The notes: generated from the letters alone by a model not told the origin. A DNA stretch of 64,000 nt from Cycas panzhihuaensis (GCA_023213395.1 CM041465.1:197787741-197851740); one strand, 5' to 3'. Counted from the first letter of the stretch, positions 1 through 13,288 are shown. A program made the numbers and translations.

Positions 1-311
1 AAAAGATTTTTATAAACCTTCATTTTCATCATATTTCCTTTCACTTTCTTTTATTTTTTAGCTTACTTTTATTAAAGGAAACATTGGTTGTAATCAAGAT
101 TACTTAAAATTCATCTTTAACTGGGAACATTAATCTAGATAATCCCTAACTTATAACATCTATACTAGCCTTATAAGGGGATAATTAGGACCCTTAAAAT
201 TGCCACCGTATATACACCTTTGGTATTTCTCTAATTTATTGAGACCATTAACTATAAGGTGTATTAAGTCATAGGATGAGATGGAAAACTTTTATTTGGC
301 GATTAGAGACT

Positions 312-698
312 TGTTGGGGTTAATGATTATCACTCCACTCCCACCTTCCAACTAGGAGTGCACACTTCACTCTCACTAATTTACACATATGGGTGCTCAC
401 ATGTAAAGGTAAGTATAAGGTAAGGTTAAGTTGATTTGAGTTAAGTTATTTTAGAGTTAAGTTTATATTATTTTATTATTACTTGAATTTTAGGGGTTGA
501 GGAGTTTTCCTCCTCCCCTAAACTATATATTGGGAGGGGTGTGCAACCCTGGTGTCTTTAAACATTGCATACTTTTGGACATTTGTAATACTCTCTCTCA
601 AATAATGGATTAAATATAAAGGATTTTCTGTTTATGCAATAATATAGTGATTTATGTGTTTATGTTATGCCCTGTTCTCCATCTTTTATTTTCCTTCA
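312..698 (+). repeat. 5' LTR of element 312-3973
   Basis: TG...CA ends, colinear with 3587-3973, differences mostly C/T and G/A. Confidence 0.93.
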
Positions 699-1167
699 TC
701 TAGCCTCTTGAAGTTTCTTAAAAAGCAAGAAGATCTATTAGCATTTTGAGGCATATTTACTCATAACAAGGAAATAATGGTTATATTTATCTTCTACAAA
801 GTTTTTTAACAATTTCTTATATTATTTTTCATCAAGATCTGATTATTCTTGAGTTATACTTATGAAATAACAAATATATTTCAGTTATTTTTTTAAGATC
901 TATGCAGAAGCATAGCTATAATCAGTAAATATCAAGTTTTTATCACTTTACAGAGGTTTTATCAATAAGTTTTGCATATATTATCAAATATTTGACCATT
1001 TTCTGACATATTTTATCTATTTATTCAATACTTTTCTCAGATCTGTGCAAGAGCATAATTGTAATCAACATTTTTTCAAGTTTTCTCCAGATCTATACTA
1101 TATATTCTTCAGATCTACATATTTTATAAAATATTTGACCATTTTTTGGTTTATTTTGTTTATATAT

Positions 1168-1650
1168 GTAATATTTTTCTTCAGATCTATAATATTTTTC
1201 TCCATATCTGTAATATTTTTCTTCAGATCTGTAATATTTTCTTTAGATCTCTAATATTTTCTTCAGATCTATAATATTTATCTTTAGATCTGTAATATTT
1301 TTCTCTATATCTTTAATATTTTTTTGTAGATCTGTAATATTTTTCTTCAGTTCTGTAATTTTTTTCTTTAGATCTACAATATTTTTCTTCAGATCTGCAA
1401 TATTTTTATTCAGATCTGTAATATTTTTCTCTAGATCTGTAATATTTTTCTCTAGATCTGTAATATTTTTCTTTAGATCTACAATATTTTTCTTTAAATC
1501 TACAATATTTTCTTCATATCTATAATATTTTCTTTAGATCTGTAATATTTTCTTCAAATCTGCAATATTTTCTTTAGATCTGTAATATTTTTCTCTAAGA
1601 TCTATAATATTTTCTTAGATCTATGTAATATTTTCTTTAGATCTATATAT
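1168..1650. repeat. Tandem minisatellite, about 20-21-bp unit (AATATTTTTCTTCAGATCTGT)
   Basis: Roughly two dozen degenerate units, most with an AGATCT-like core. Confidence 0.9.
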
Positions 1651-2877
1651 TTTATTAAATATTTGACCATTTTTTATACATTTGGTCTATTTACTCAATA
1701 TTTTCTTTTAGATCTATGCAAAATTTGGTGCATATTCAGCCTAACAAGCTTTCTTTTTATTATTTTAAAAAATTTTCATTTCATATAGGGTACCTGACAA
1801 ATTGTTGCCATAACTTTTGATTGGGTCATCAATTTTAGACAAAACCTATCATGTTGTGTCTAAAATTTTTTTAAATATGATTTTGACTGGTCACATGCCA
1901 TATTTAGAGCTGATTTGACCTACTTTCACTTAGTTTAAAGTTAATTAATATGTTTTAGAGCCTTTTAAACTAGTTTCATAAAATTATTTTTTTATTATAT
2001 TATATTTTATCATCGGGAGATTATTTTCTACTCGGATCTATTCTACAGTCACTTATTATCAATAAATTTCATTACCATTTATTCATTTTATTTTTTAAGA
2101 TTTATTTTAATCATTATTTTAATCGACTAAAGTGACACTTTAGCATTTTTTAAACATTTTACCATAAACGTACTTGTTGTTATTTCTATTATAACTTTTT
2201 TGTTTTACATCAGAATTTAGATCTGTTACTTTCGTTAGGAAGTTGACTCACTCCTCTTCGAATTGACACTACTATTTATAAGTTTTAAAGTATTTTTATA
2301 GATTTTTAAAGCCATCAAAATTGAGGTACATAATAGCCTCTAATTTATCATTATTACATATTTATATATTATTTTTAAAATTTTTGAAATGAAAAGTATA
2401 TGAAGTAGCTCTCTAAACTATATTTAACCATTTTCCATTGTTCTACAAAATTTTTACTAGTAATTTTATAATATTTTGAACCCCATGCTCATGTTAAACC
2501 TAAAAAAGAGGACTATATCTTTGGTTCACTAAAATATTGATTTATAGGAACCCATTTTCAAAATGGTTAGTTCTATTAAATAGCTTTTTCGTTGATCCTT
2601 AAACTAGTATAATTTCACTTTATTTTGACATTGTTTAATACAGCTTTGAAGATGCTAAACTTAAGCATTTAGTATATCCTAACAAGCTTTCACTTACTTC
2701 TTGCACTTATAATAGTTGTATTTACTTGATATACTTTCTAAAAGCATCTTTTAATTTTTCAAAGGGCATTATATTTCTTTCAAAAAATATATTTGAAATC
2801 ATATAAGTTTGTCATTTATTGAGTTCTTTGACTTAGTAAAAGTATATTCCTTTTTATGTACTAAAGTTTTCGGTAAA

Positions 2878-3575
2878 ATGACAATCAATCTTAATAAAAT
2901 ATAATTTCCTATATTTGATGGCCATAATTATCCACTATGACATAAGATAATGCAACATTATTTTATGGCAAATGATCTTTGGAAATACTTACAAGATGAA
3001 TATGATGTTGATATTAAGGAAAATATAAAAAAAGACAATGAAGCCCTAGCTTTATTATTTTGCACTATAGATGATAATATCTTTTCTAAAGTTTGTGAAC
3101 TAATAACTTCTAAATTCATGTGAGATGTCTTGATTTCTACTTATGGAGGAGATACCCTCAATGAATTTAATATTGATATTGTTAAACATGTGAGACATGT
3201 GCTAGAACAGGTGGATTGTAATAGAAAGACCAAGGAAGATTCAAGTCAAATGCGTGATCATCTTGTTGTACAAGAACTTGATCCTCTATTTGAGGAGGAG
3301 AGATATGATGATATGACAGTTGTTCACAACACAAAGTTTTTAAAAGACAAAGTTAAAGTTCTAGAAGTTAAAGTTAAAGTTGTAGCCACACATCCACATT
3401 TGAATTAAGCTATATTTACTTACATGTTTTTTACACCACTTAATGGTAAAAGGAACGTTTCTAAAATGATGAGAAGAGCTAATAATGATCGAGTCAAAAG
3501 ATAAATCTTTAAAGTTTTTTTTAAGTATAAATTCCACAAGTTTAAAGAGAAGACAAGTTATTCGTGATGACTATT
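2878..3575 (+). pseudogene. gag: Degenerate mini-Gag: Copia Gag N-terminus, acidic linker and a tail resembling the Copia pol end
   Basis: MTINLNKI*FPIFDGHNY...NDLWKYL...KKDNEALAFI...DDNIF; tail KVFFKYKFHKFKEK just before the PPT; several stops. Confidence 0.75.
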
Positions 3576-3586
3576 AAGGGGGAGAA

Positions 3587-3973
3587 TGTTGGGGTTAATG
3601 ATCATCACCCCACTCCCACCTTCCAACCAGGAGTGCACACCTCACTCTCACCAATTTACACATGTGGGTGCTCATATGTTAAGGTAAGTATAAGGTAAGG
3701 TTAAGTCGATTTAAGTTAAGTTATTTTTTAGTTAAGTTTATATTATTTTATTATTACTTGAATTTTAGGGGTTGAGGAGTTTCCCTCCTCTCCCAAGCTA
3801 TATATTTGGAGGGGTGTGTAATCCTAGTGTCTTTAGACATCGCCTACTTTTAGACATTTATAATGCTCTCTCTCAAATAATGGATTGAAGATAAAGGTTT
3901 TTCTGTTTGTGCAATAATGTATTGATTTATGTGTTTATGTTCTGCCTTATTTTCTATCTTTTATTTTCCTTCA
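3587..3973 (+). repeat. 3' LTR of element 312-3973
   Basis: Follows the PPT, matches 312-698. Confidence 0.93.
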
Positions 3974-4321
3974 AGATTAAGCTAGACCCGTAGGGGGTGA
4001 ATGCCTTAGTTGTTTAAGTTTTTATTACTAGATATATAGGTAGGCATAAGTCTAATGTAAGTAGATTTATAAATCAAGGGAGTCTTTGATCTTTTTAGTA
4101 GTCCACGTACTAAGGTATATAGATCTTTGAGCTGATATACTAATATATAGGGTCCCTAGTTTGCCACTTATGGTTAGGTGCTACTAGACATGATAGTAAC
4201 TAAGAACTTTCTTAGAGACTCTAAAACTTAAAATTCTAGAATAGTAGCCCCTTAGGTAGATAAGACACAAGTACATTTATGTTTTTTAGGTTATAATTTT
4301 CAAGGTAATTCTCTTTTCATA

Positions 4322-7300
4322 ATGGCAACAAATCTTGGGACTATTATGGTACCTAAGTTTGATGGCTCAAATTTTCTTAATTGGAGTAAGTAAATGAGGC
4401 CTATTTTTATTATAAAGGACCTATAGGAGTTCGTTAATAAATCAACAATATTGCCACTGATAATGAAAATAAAGTTTATAAGGAGAATGCTAAAAGTGAT
4501 AATGAGCCATTGGCACTTATATTTTGTGCTCTAGATGATCATATTTTTCCTAGAGTAAGTAAAGTTATAATATCTAAGGAAGCTTGAGATGCCTGTAAGA
4601 TGATTTATGAACTAGTAACATCCTTAAAGTTATAAACACTTAGAAGCAAATTTAAGAATCTAAGGATGATACCTAGGGAAAGAGTAAATAAATTCATCAC
4701 CAAGGTACAAGACCTGGTGAATTAAATGAGATCCTTAAGTGAAATGCTAAGTGAACAAAGAATTGTGAAAAGGATTTTGAGATATATTGGAGAAATTAAG
4801 AGATTTAAAATTAGTGGTAACTAGCATTGAGATATCTAAAGACCTTAGCACTCTTTAAATTGATCAACTAAATGTTATTCTCCTAGTTGTTGAAGAAAGG
4901 AAAGGGGGTAAGGAGTCACTTGAGCATGTCTTTACCATAAAGGCAAGAATAAGACAAAAAATTCAAAGATAAAGTTCTAGGGGAAGGGACCAATCCCCTA
5001 GAGGAAGAGGAAGAAACTAAGGGTAAGGCTTATAAACATTTCAAGGATAAAGCAACTTCCAATGTCAAGGAAGTTTTTAAGGACCAAACCAAAGCTATCA
5101 AGGATAAAGCAACTTCCAAGATTAAGGAAGTTTTTAAGAACCAAACCAAAGCTATCAAGGAGAAAGCAACTTCCAAGGTCAAGGAAGATTTTAAGGACTA
5201 AACCAAAATTATCAAGGATAAGAACAAAAGAATTTCTAAGGTCAAGGTCAAGACCAATACTTTAAAAGAGGTAAAGCAACTTCTAGAGGAAGAGGAACCT
5301 CTAGAGGTAGAAGCCAAAGCCAAAGTGGAAAAGGAACTATCTAATATTTCTTTTTCCATAAGATGGAACACAGAAGAAAATTGTTTTTGCCAAAAATGCT
5401 AGTACTCAAAGAGGGACTTCCAACATAACAATTGAAGATAGAGATAATGATAGACTTTTTATTTCAAGTCTTATGGCTAATAAGGAAGGAGATAATTGGC
5501 ATATCGACTTGGGATGTTTAACTCACATGACTTACAAAGAAGAAATTTTCAAAGAAATTAACAAGTCCAAGAAAGAAAAGATTATGTTTGGGGATAATAC
5601 TACCTATGTATCTATTAGAAAGGGCAATATATCTATAACAACTGAATCAGAAGAAATAAGAAGTATCAATGATGTGTTACATATTTCAGCTCTAAAGAAG
5701 AACCTACTCTCGATGGGTCAGATGATGGAGAAACACTATAAGGTCATCTTTGATAATGGTAAATGTACAATTAAATATTAACTAAAGAATAAAGTAGTTG
5801 TAGTAAAAGGATAAATAACTAATGATAGATTATTTAAACTAGTCATTCCTCCATTGGATACTTATACCTTGAAAGCCTCAACTAATGTTGATAGTGAAAT
5901 ATGGCATAAGAGGTTTGGCCATATAAACTATAACATCTTGGCATTGATGAAAATGATAGAAATGGTTGTTAGATTACCCACTATAGAAGTAGGTAAAGAA
6001 AATTTTGAAGGATGTATACTTGGAAAACAAGAAATAGAAAGTTTTTTAAATAATAGCTATAGGGCTCAAGGACCTCTTCAATTAATTTATACATATTTAT
6101 ATAGACCTATGGATGTACTTTCGTTAGGTGGTGTAAGGTGCTTCATGACTTTCATTAATGACTTTACTAGAAAGGCTTAGGTATACTTTATCAAGTTTAA
6201 ATTAAATGCCTTTTAATGTTTCATTGACTTCAAAACTTTGGTTGAAAAATAAAGTGGCCTTAGAATTCTTATCCTTAGATTAGATAATGGGGGAGAATTT
6301 ATTTCAAATGAATTTAATGAATACTATAACTACCCTAATATAAGGAAGTAGCTCACCAATCCTTATACTTCACAATAAAATAGAGTTATAGAAAAGAAAA
6401 ATAAAACTATTATTGAAATAGCTAGAAATATGGTTAAAAATAAGCAACTTGGGTACAAATTTTGAGCAGAAGTAGTACATACAATAGTTTATATATTGAA
6501 TAGGTGTACCACCAAAGCTATTAGGTGGGTCATACCAAAGGAATCTTGGTCAAGTCATAAGCCAAGCATACAACACTTAAAGATTTTTAGATGCTTAGCA
6601 TTTGTCGATACTCCAAAATAAAAGAGAACTTAGTTAGATGATAAAAACAGCAAGTACATCTTTATAAGATACTGTGATATTTCTAGATCCTATAAATTAT
6701 ATGATCTAAAAGAAAAGAAGATAATTATGAGTATGGATATCATCTTCAAGGAAGATGAATGCTGTTGAGAAGAAGTTAAAAAATAATAAAGGAAAGAATA
6801 TCATGATAGAAATATATTTAAATCCTAAATCTATAAATATACTAAGTTTAAATAAAGTAAGTTCAAATGAAGCTAGACCCTCCACATTTAATCAAAGGGT
6901 TCCAAAATAGGTTCAAAGAGGTTATTATCCTTCAAATGTTTTAGATAATAACTTTGAGAGAAGGTCCACTCACTCTCATAAAATTAACTTTACCTTGATT
7001 AGCCAAGTAATGGAATTAAATGAGCCTCATAATTTTGAAGAGGCTAACACAAAAGATAAATGGAAAGGTGCCATGAAAGAAGAGTACAATGCTTTAGTTG
7101 AAAATGATACTTGGGAATTAGTTGATTTTCCATAAAAAAACTATAATTAGAACAAAGTGGGTCTATAAGACTAAATTTAGATTAGATATAATAATCGACA
7201 AATATAAGGTAAGATTAATTGCCAAAGGATATACATAAGTTAAAGGTATAAACTACAATGAGGTATTTACATATGTTGCTAGAATAGAGATAGTTCATTT

Positions 7301-8560
7301 GATGATGGGTTTAGCTGCATAAGAGGGTTAGATAGTTTAATAAATAGATGTTAAGAATACCTTCTTAAATGGGTACATAAAAGAAGAAATTTATGTCCAA
7401 TAACCCAAAGGTTTTAAAGTAAAAGGAGAAGAACACAAGGTTTATAAATTTAAAAAGGTCTTGTATGGACTCAAACAAACACCTAGAGCTTGGTACTCTA
7501 GGATTAATAAGTACTTTAGAGATGAAGGATTCCAAAGAAGTTAATATGATCCTAGTTTGTACATTAAGATAGAAGGGAGATCGATACTCCTTATGGGCTT
7601 ATACATTGATGACCTTGTTTATACATGTAATGATCCTTACTTGTCCCAAAAATTCAAAGACGATATATGTAAGGAATTTGAAATGACTGATTTGGGACTG
7701 ATGTACTACTTCTTGAGCCTAGAAGTTTGGCAAGATGAGAAAGAGATATTTGTTTCCCCAAGAAAGTACACTTTGGACTTAGGACTTATCACATAAGTTT
7801 AACATAAGTAATTACAAGGCACTTGCTACACCAATCAAAGTTGGGATAAAATTATCTAAGTATGAAGAATCTAAATTGGTTAGTCCTACTCTTTACAGGG
7901 AATTGATTATTAGCTTGATTTACTTAACTTCAACTCAATCAGATATCATGTATACAGTAAGTGTAGTTTCCAAATTCATGCACAAGCTTAAGGTATCACA
8001 TCGGTAAGCAACTAAGGGGATCTTAAAATAATTGAATAGAACAATTAGTCATGGACTTCATTACAGGTCATTGGGAAACTTTAGGTTAACCAGTTATACA
8101 GATTCTAATTGGGTAGGATGTATAGATGATAAAAAATCTATATTAAGCTACACCTTCAATTTAGGTTCAACAACAATAGCTTAGAGTTAAAAGAAACAAA
8201 ACATGGTATCCTTGTCTACTACAAAAGTAAAATATAAAGTAGTGATAGTAGGAGCTTGTGAAATAGTTTAGTTAAGAAGACTACTCCAGGATTTATAATT
8301 AAAAGAGGATGACCCCATATAAATGTCATGTGATAATTAAAGTATCATACAAATGACTCAGAATCTAGTATTATATGGTAGAATGAATTACATTGAAACT
8401 CAATATTATTTCATCAAAGAATTCGTTCAAGCTGATAAGATTGAGTTAACTTATTATAGCATAAAACAACAGGTGACAGATATTTTCACTAAGTCACTTA
8501 GAAAGATTAAGTTCAATAAATTCATAGATAAGCATGGTGTCTCCCTAAATGAACATTATG
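4322..8560 (+). pseudogene. pol: Degenerate Ty1/Copia gag-pol (Gag-PR-INT-RT-RNase H)
   Basis: Gag VPKFDGSNFLNW; protease WHIDLGCLTHM; GAG-pre-integrase WHKRFGH; RT GLYIDDL and FEMTDLG; RNase H QVTDIFTKSL; many CAA>TAA and TGG>TAG stops. Confidence 0.95.
5041..5225 (+). repeat. 57-bp tandem repeat (3+ copies) within Copia gag
   Basis: Units start at 5041, 5098, 5155 and 5212 (TCAAGGATAAAGCAACTTCC...CCAAAGCTA). Confidence 0.9.
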
Positions 8561-8569
8561 GGAGAGAAA

Positions 8570-8988
8570 TATTGGATAATACCCATTTTGGTTGACAATA
8601 GAATATGGAAAGTAGATTAGCATATGACTTTGTGAAGCTGACTTAGCCATGTGATAAGTTTTATTAATGATATTTTTAAACACCAGTTGATGGTAGACAA
8701 TGGGCTCCTACTCAACTCCTACCTATTTATATAAGGGGTTGTAAGACCCTGGTGTTTTTTAACACTACCATTATACTAGAATTTTATTTAATATTATCCT
8801 TTGCTATAATATTTTGCTCCCTCTTACTCCTATTCATCCATTAACTAGTGCCTCTTCTATTTAAGAAGATGAGACTATATTATACTAGTCATCATTAATA
8901 GGTAATGCCCTCATAGGAGATGGTTGATTACTAATAATATCAAATTCATTGTTATTAGTTTCTATTACATAAAGTTGGTTTCATTACA
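8570..8988 (+). repeat. Probable 3' LTR of the Copia at 4322-8560 (5' LTR lies outside the window)
   Basis: PPT GGGAGAGAAA 8560-8569 then TATTGG (TG>TA); TATA at about 8728; right end uncertain. Confidence 0.6.
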
Positions 8989-11900
8989 AACACTCTTTAA
9001 GGTGCCCTATAAACTAATTTTCATCGTAATGTCAAAAATTTTCATTTTAAACTACCTTTCTAGGTTTTGAAGCATGACCTATAAGCAAATATTGATTTTT
9101 ATAATTAGATTATTGCCCAAGAGGAATATATGAAGAGGTTTGATCTCGTTGCTTAATGTCAACTTGTCTTGCAAAATTGATGGCTTTCGTTAGTGAAGTG
9201 GGTTGAAACATTTTGACCTTAGCACTGATGTTATGATGTAGGTTAGCTTGGTAGAATTATATTACTTCTTCATCTAACATGATTATTTTGAGGTGTGGTT
9301 TCTTAAAATGTTTAGTAAATTCCTTAACCAATGATTTATATTAAAAATAATATGATAGTTGGGCCCTATATGGAGTAGTGTTTGGTGTTTTGACTTGCTT
9401 GCATATGACATTAACAAAGTCATTCCAAAGAATGTAACTATGATTTGAATACTATTTTCATGCTCATTTGAAGATGTCCTTCTAAATGGTTAATGAAAAA
9501 TATAGTTTTTTCACTTGGGGCATTAAGTTTTAAGGTACTTGTTACCCAATCTCTTTGTTCACCCTTTCCCAATTTTGTGTTATATTGATATCTATTTATA
9601 ATTAATGAAATATCATAAAGTCATCCCTCTTTAGGTCTATTTTCAAGGGAGATTGAAGTATATACATTAGCTTTTATCAAACTATACTCATTGTCATCTA
9701 CATAATTTTTCTTTCAAACAAAAGCACCAGTTAACTATCCCCTTTGGGCTTGCTCTAATAGCCATGTCTTCCTCCTTTGTTTGTAATCTAGTATAGTAAA
9801 CTCCCTCCTAATATCTATTTGGAAAAAAAATAAAGTGACTCCCCATTTATTCCTAACTATCTCAAAATCAAGGGCAATTGATTCTATTACTTGAAGACAT
9901 ACTAGTTTCTTAAAGATAATCATAAACCCAGTTTTAGGGTTAAGCCCATCAAGGAACTAGTCAATTAAAATATCTTGTATAATTTGTATGCTACTTCAAT
10001 TTGATTGAGGTTCTGTTTAAACCTCTTAACATACTTTAAAATATTTTCTCTATCTCCTTTCATGTTAGACAACTCTTTTATAAGGGTGGCGAGAGTTTTC
10101 TTGTTATTGTATCTAGATTTAAAAGCTTTCCTTAGTCCTATCTAGTTTTTCATCAAAGCATAAGGTAATTAATAAAACCATATTATAGCTACACTAGTCA
10201 ATGAGTGAAAAAATAATGTAATTTCTATAATAGGTTTAATGATTCAAAACATCCTACACAAGAGAGAAAAATCTCCTTTATGTTTGTCTATGGGAATTCT
10301 TTTATGCCCATTAAATTGTGGACATTTTTTCAAAGTCTTACTATGAATTTCATTTAATTCACCTTCTAAATATAGAGGATTATTATAGATCCAATGAAGT
10401 GTTTTACTAAGACATGTATCCTCTTCACTATTATATTTGATCTCTATTGATATTTTTATCTCTATAGATTATTGATATGAATATAAGGTTCTTCTGTATC
10501 TTTCTCTAGCAATTCTAGAATTGTTAGAAAGTCAACAAGGTTGTGTTTTGTTGAGCTTTAGTCTATAGATGATCCTAATAGATTAGTATGCAAGGGATGA
10601 AGGTCATAAACAAACTATAAAATATTTTATACTTAGGCTCATGGCTAGCTTGTTTGATAAGATAAATTAATATACAAAGTATACACTACATACAAAGCTA
10701 ACTATTTGGAGAGTTCTCCATGAATACATTTAGTGGTTAAAAGCTAATCTAAATATAGTGAAAGAGAAAGAAAGAAATAAAGGAATAGAGAGGAAAGAAA
10801 GGAGTGAAAAGAGGGTGGTAGAATACCATTGTAACATAGTTTAATAAATGAAATATGATGTAATTCATAGAGCAAACAAACTTATTAGGAATTAACATCT
10901 ATGAAGGGCAATAAATTATGGATAATAACATGGCTAGATAAGCTAATGATCTGTACCATTATTCTCTAAATATCATAAAATAAAATATCATGCTACAAAC
11001 TATATAGGCAAGTAGAAGTATATTAACCTTTATAGTCATCATGAATTTCTTAATCAAAATGAATAGAGCTCAATTGGACTAACTATAAATGAGGTTTCTA
11101 TTCATCAAGAGAAAATATTTCTTATACAAAGATGCATCTAAGCTCGTCAAATACTTCAAATAACATCTTGATAACATGCACTAAGGTTTTATTTAGTGAA
11201 CAATGCAATGCATGATAATTTTCTTGAGAAGAATAATGGAGAAAGAAGTTAAGAAACAATATGGAAGAATGCACAAGGAATAAGAAGATTGAGAATTTAT
11301 GAAATGCAAGTCTCTCCAACCATATTTTGTCATGTAGAGCCTATACCCACACCACTTCTCCACCCCCCCACCCCTTACTTTTCTCTTTAATCTCCTATAT
11401 TTTATCTTGTGCTCCCTATAATCCTTTATAGTGCTATAGTGGTACTTTTGTCACCACCAAACTTGAACAAGATAGATTTGTTATAATCTACAATCCAATA
11501 AGCATTTTGATATTTAATTATTATATAAGTTGATGTCACTCTTCTATTATGATTTTCTCATTCTTCTATTAAATACATGATGAAAATTAAGGCAAATGAA
11601 TGTGTGATGGCTTTTTATTCATCATAGCAATCCACAGATATGAGATCTATTAAGTTGATGAGTTAGCATTACTTCATTGAAAATATTAATGAATTGTTAG
11701 TGAATTTTGTATTGTTAGCTTTGAATGACTTATAAAATTTGCTCATTTACAATACTATAAGGAGAATCCCCTTTACATTCCTCACATTTCAAATGGGTAT
11801 GGTTGAGTCACTTTGCTTATTCACTTGTATTTTTGTAATCTCACAAACGATTAATTTTGGGGATGTTCTTCCTTGGATCTATAATAATCCTCTATATTTA

Positions 11901-12912
11901 GAAGGGGAATTATTTAATGATCTTTCTTCAAAAAAACTCTTATTTGAGTGTATCCTTTCAAGTACTATCCTTCATTCACTTGATTTATAAATATTCAATG
12001 AGCCATGCATGCTTTTCTTTATTTACACTTTTAAGCAAGTGGCCAAAAGTGGCAGTAATAGTTCTCAATTATAGCTTCTAATTTGGATATCCATTTATCA
12101 AAATCAATTGGACTCTTAATTCTAAAATTAGAAACAATAAGTTGCCTTTTATAATGAACCATTTCCTAGTCATTATTATTGTTATGGTTGTTATGAGGCT
12201 TAGGGGTTTTTAATCTAGGGTAGTTTAACATAATCTCTTAGAGGATGATATTTGTTTATTTCATCCACTATTCAATGGAATTGAGATGAGTGTTAACATC
12301 ATCATTAGAGCCTCCCTTGTTTATCAATCTTTGTTTCTTCTTGTATTCTATTAGATTAGGTTTTATAGAACCAGAATAAAGCTCTAGTATTCAATTTATA
12401 TGTTGCTTAGTGAGTTGATCTATATCCTATAGTATTTAATTTTCAATATATGTACTAATAATATCTTAACTAAATAAAAGTATGACACTTGATAAATTAG
12501 AGGAATAATAATATATTAATTATTTTTATTTTTATGACTTTAATATGTTAACATCCTGATTATTTAATACTTGATATAAGGATAGGACATATAGTAATGA
12601 CTATTTATCTAACAAGGTATGGTTGTGTGTGTGTGTGTTTGTATAAATGAGACATGAGATATATATTGATGTCTCCTATTTAACAAATTATATGCCTTAT
12701 ATATGCTTGCAAATTTATGTAGAATATATATAAATTAATATATTTACACTAGTATAAATACCTCCTCCTTAGTGAATTGTATGCTTTGTTAAAGATTTAT
12801 ATCTATTTGCACCTTGATGTATAGATTACTCAATGATGGTGATTCCATAGGCATAGTGCATATCCCTTGTTGCTAAATTTTTTTGTTAGTTCCTATCTAT
12901 ATTAACATTGGT

Positions 12913-12915
<3 letters not shown>

Positions 12916-12980
<65 letters not shown>
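12916..12980. repeat. (TA)n microsatellite
   Basis: Direct. Confidence 0.95.
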
Positions 12981-12982
<2 letters not shown>

Positions 12983-13288
12983 CTTCATTCATGCCAATTA
13001 TATATGCAGGAGGCTTACCCATGCCTGCGATTCTACTAATTAGTTAATATGCATACTTCTCCTTGTTAATACATCCACATATAATAAACATGCCCTCCAT
13101 GCTTAATATATCAGCTAATATGCTTACTTTTTTGTGTATAATTAAGGTGTTAGTTGTAAGTTGGCTTATTTCCATAAAAGGGGTATTATTGTAACCTAAT
13201 AATAACCTATAATGCTATATATGTAGTTAATTTAAATGATTAGCTTAAGTATGGTAAACCTATAGAAAAAGAAAAAAAAAAAGAAACC

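Larger units (their letters stand above)
312..3973 (+). mobile_element. Non-autonomous Copia-derived LTR element (TR-GAG-like) inserted in the leader of a Copia
   Basis: Direct repeats 312-698 and 3587-3973 (both TGTTGGGG...CCTTCA, 387 bp); TSD AGACT (307-311)/AGATT (3974-3978); PPT AAGGGGGAGAA 3576-3586; only a gag remnant inside. Confidence 0.93.

Noticed and set aside
1168-1650. Regular repeats resembling a CRISPR array
   Set aside because: Head-to-tail units without unique spacers, no cas genes, eukaryotic retroelement context
3979-4060. Possible hammerhead ribozyme (retrozyme) in the leader stems
   Set aside because: No CUGANGA/GAAA core in the required positions
5062-5265. Basic repetitive ORF MSRKFLRTKPKLSR...
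   Set aside because: Alternative frame of the 57-bp gag repeat
9000-12400. Possible decayed minus-strand Gypsy coding region
   Set aside because: No diagnostic motif recoverable by eye; left unannotated
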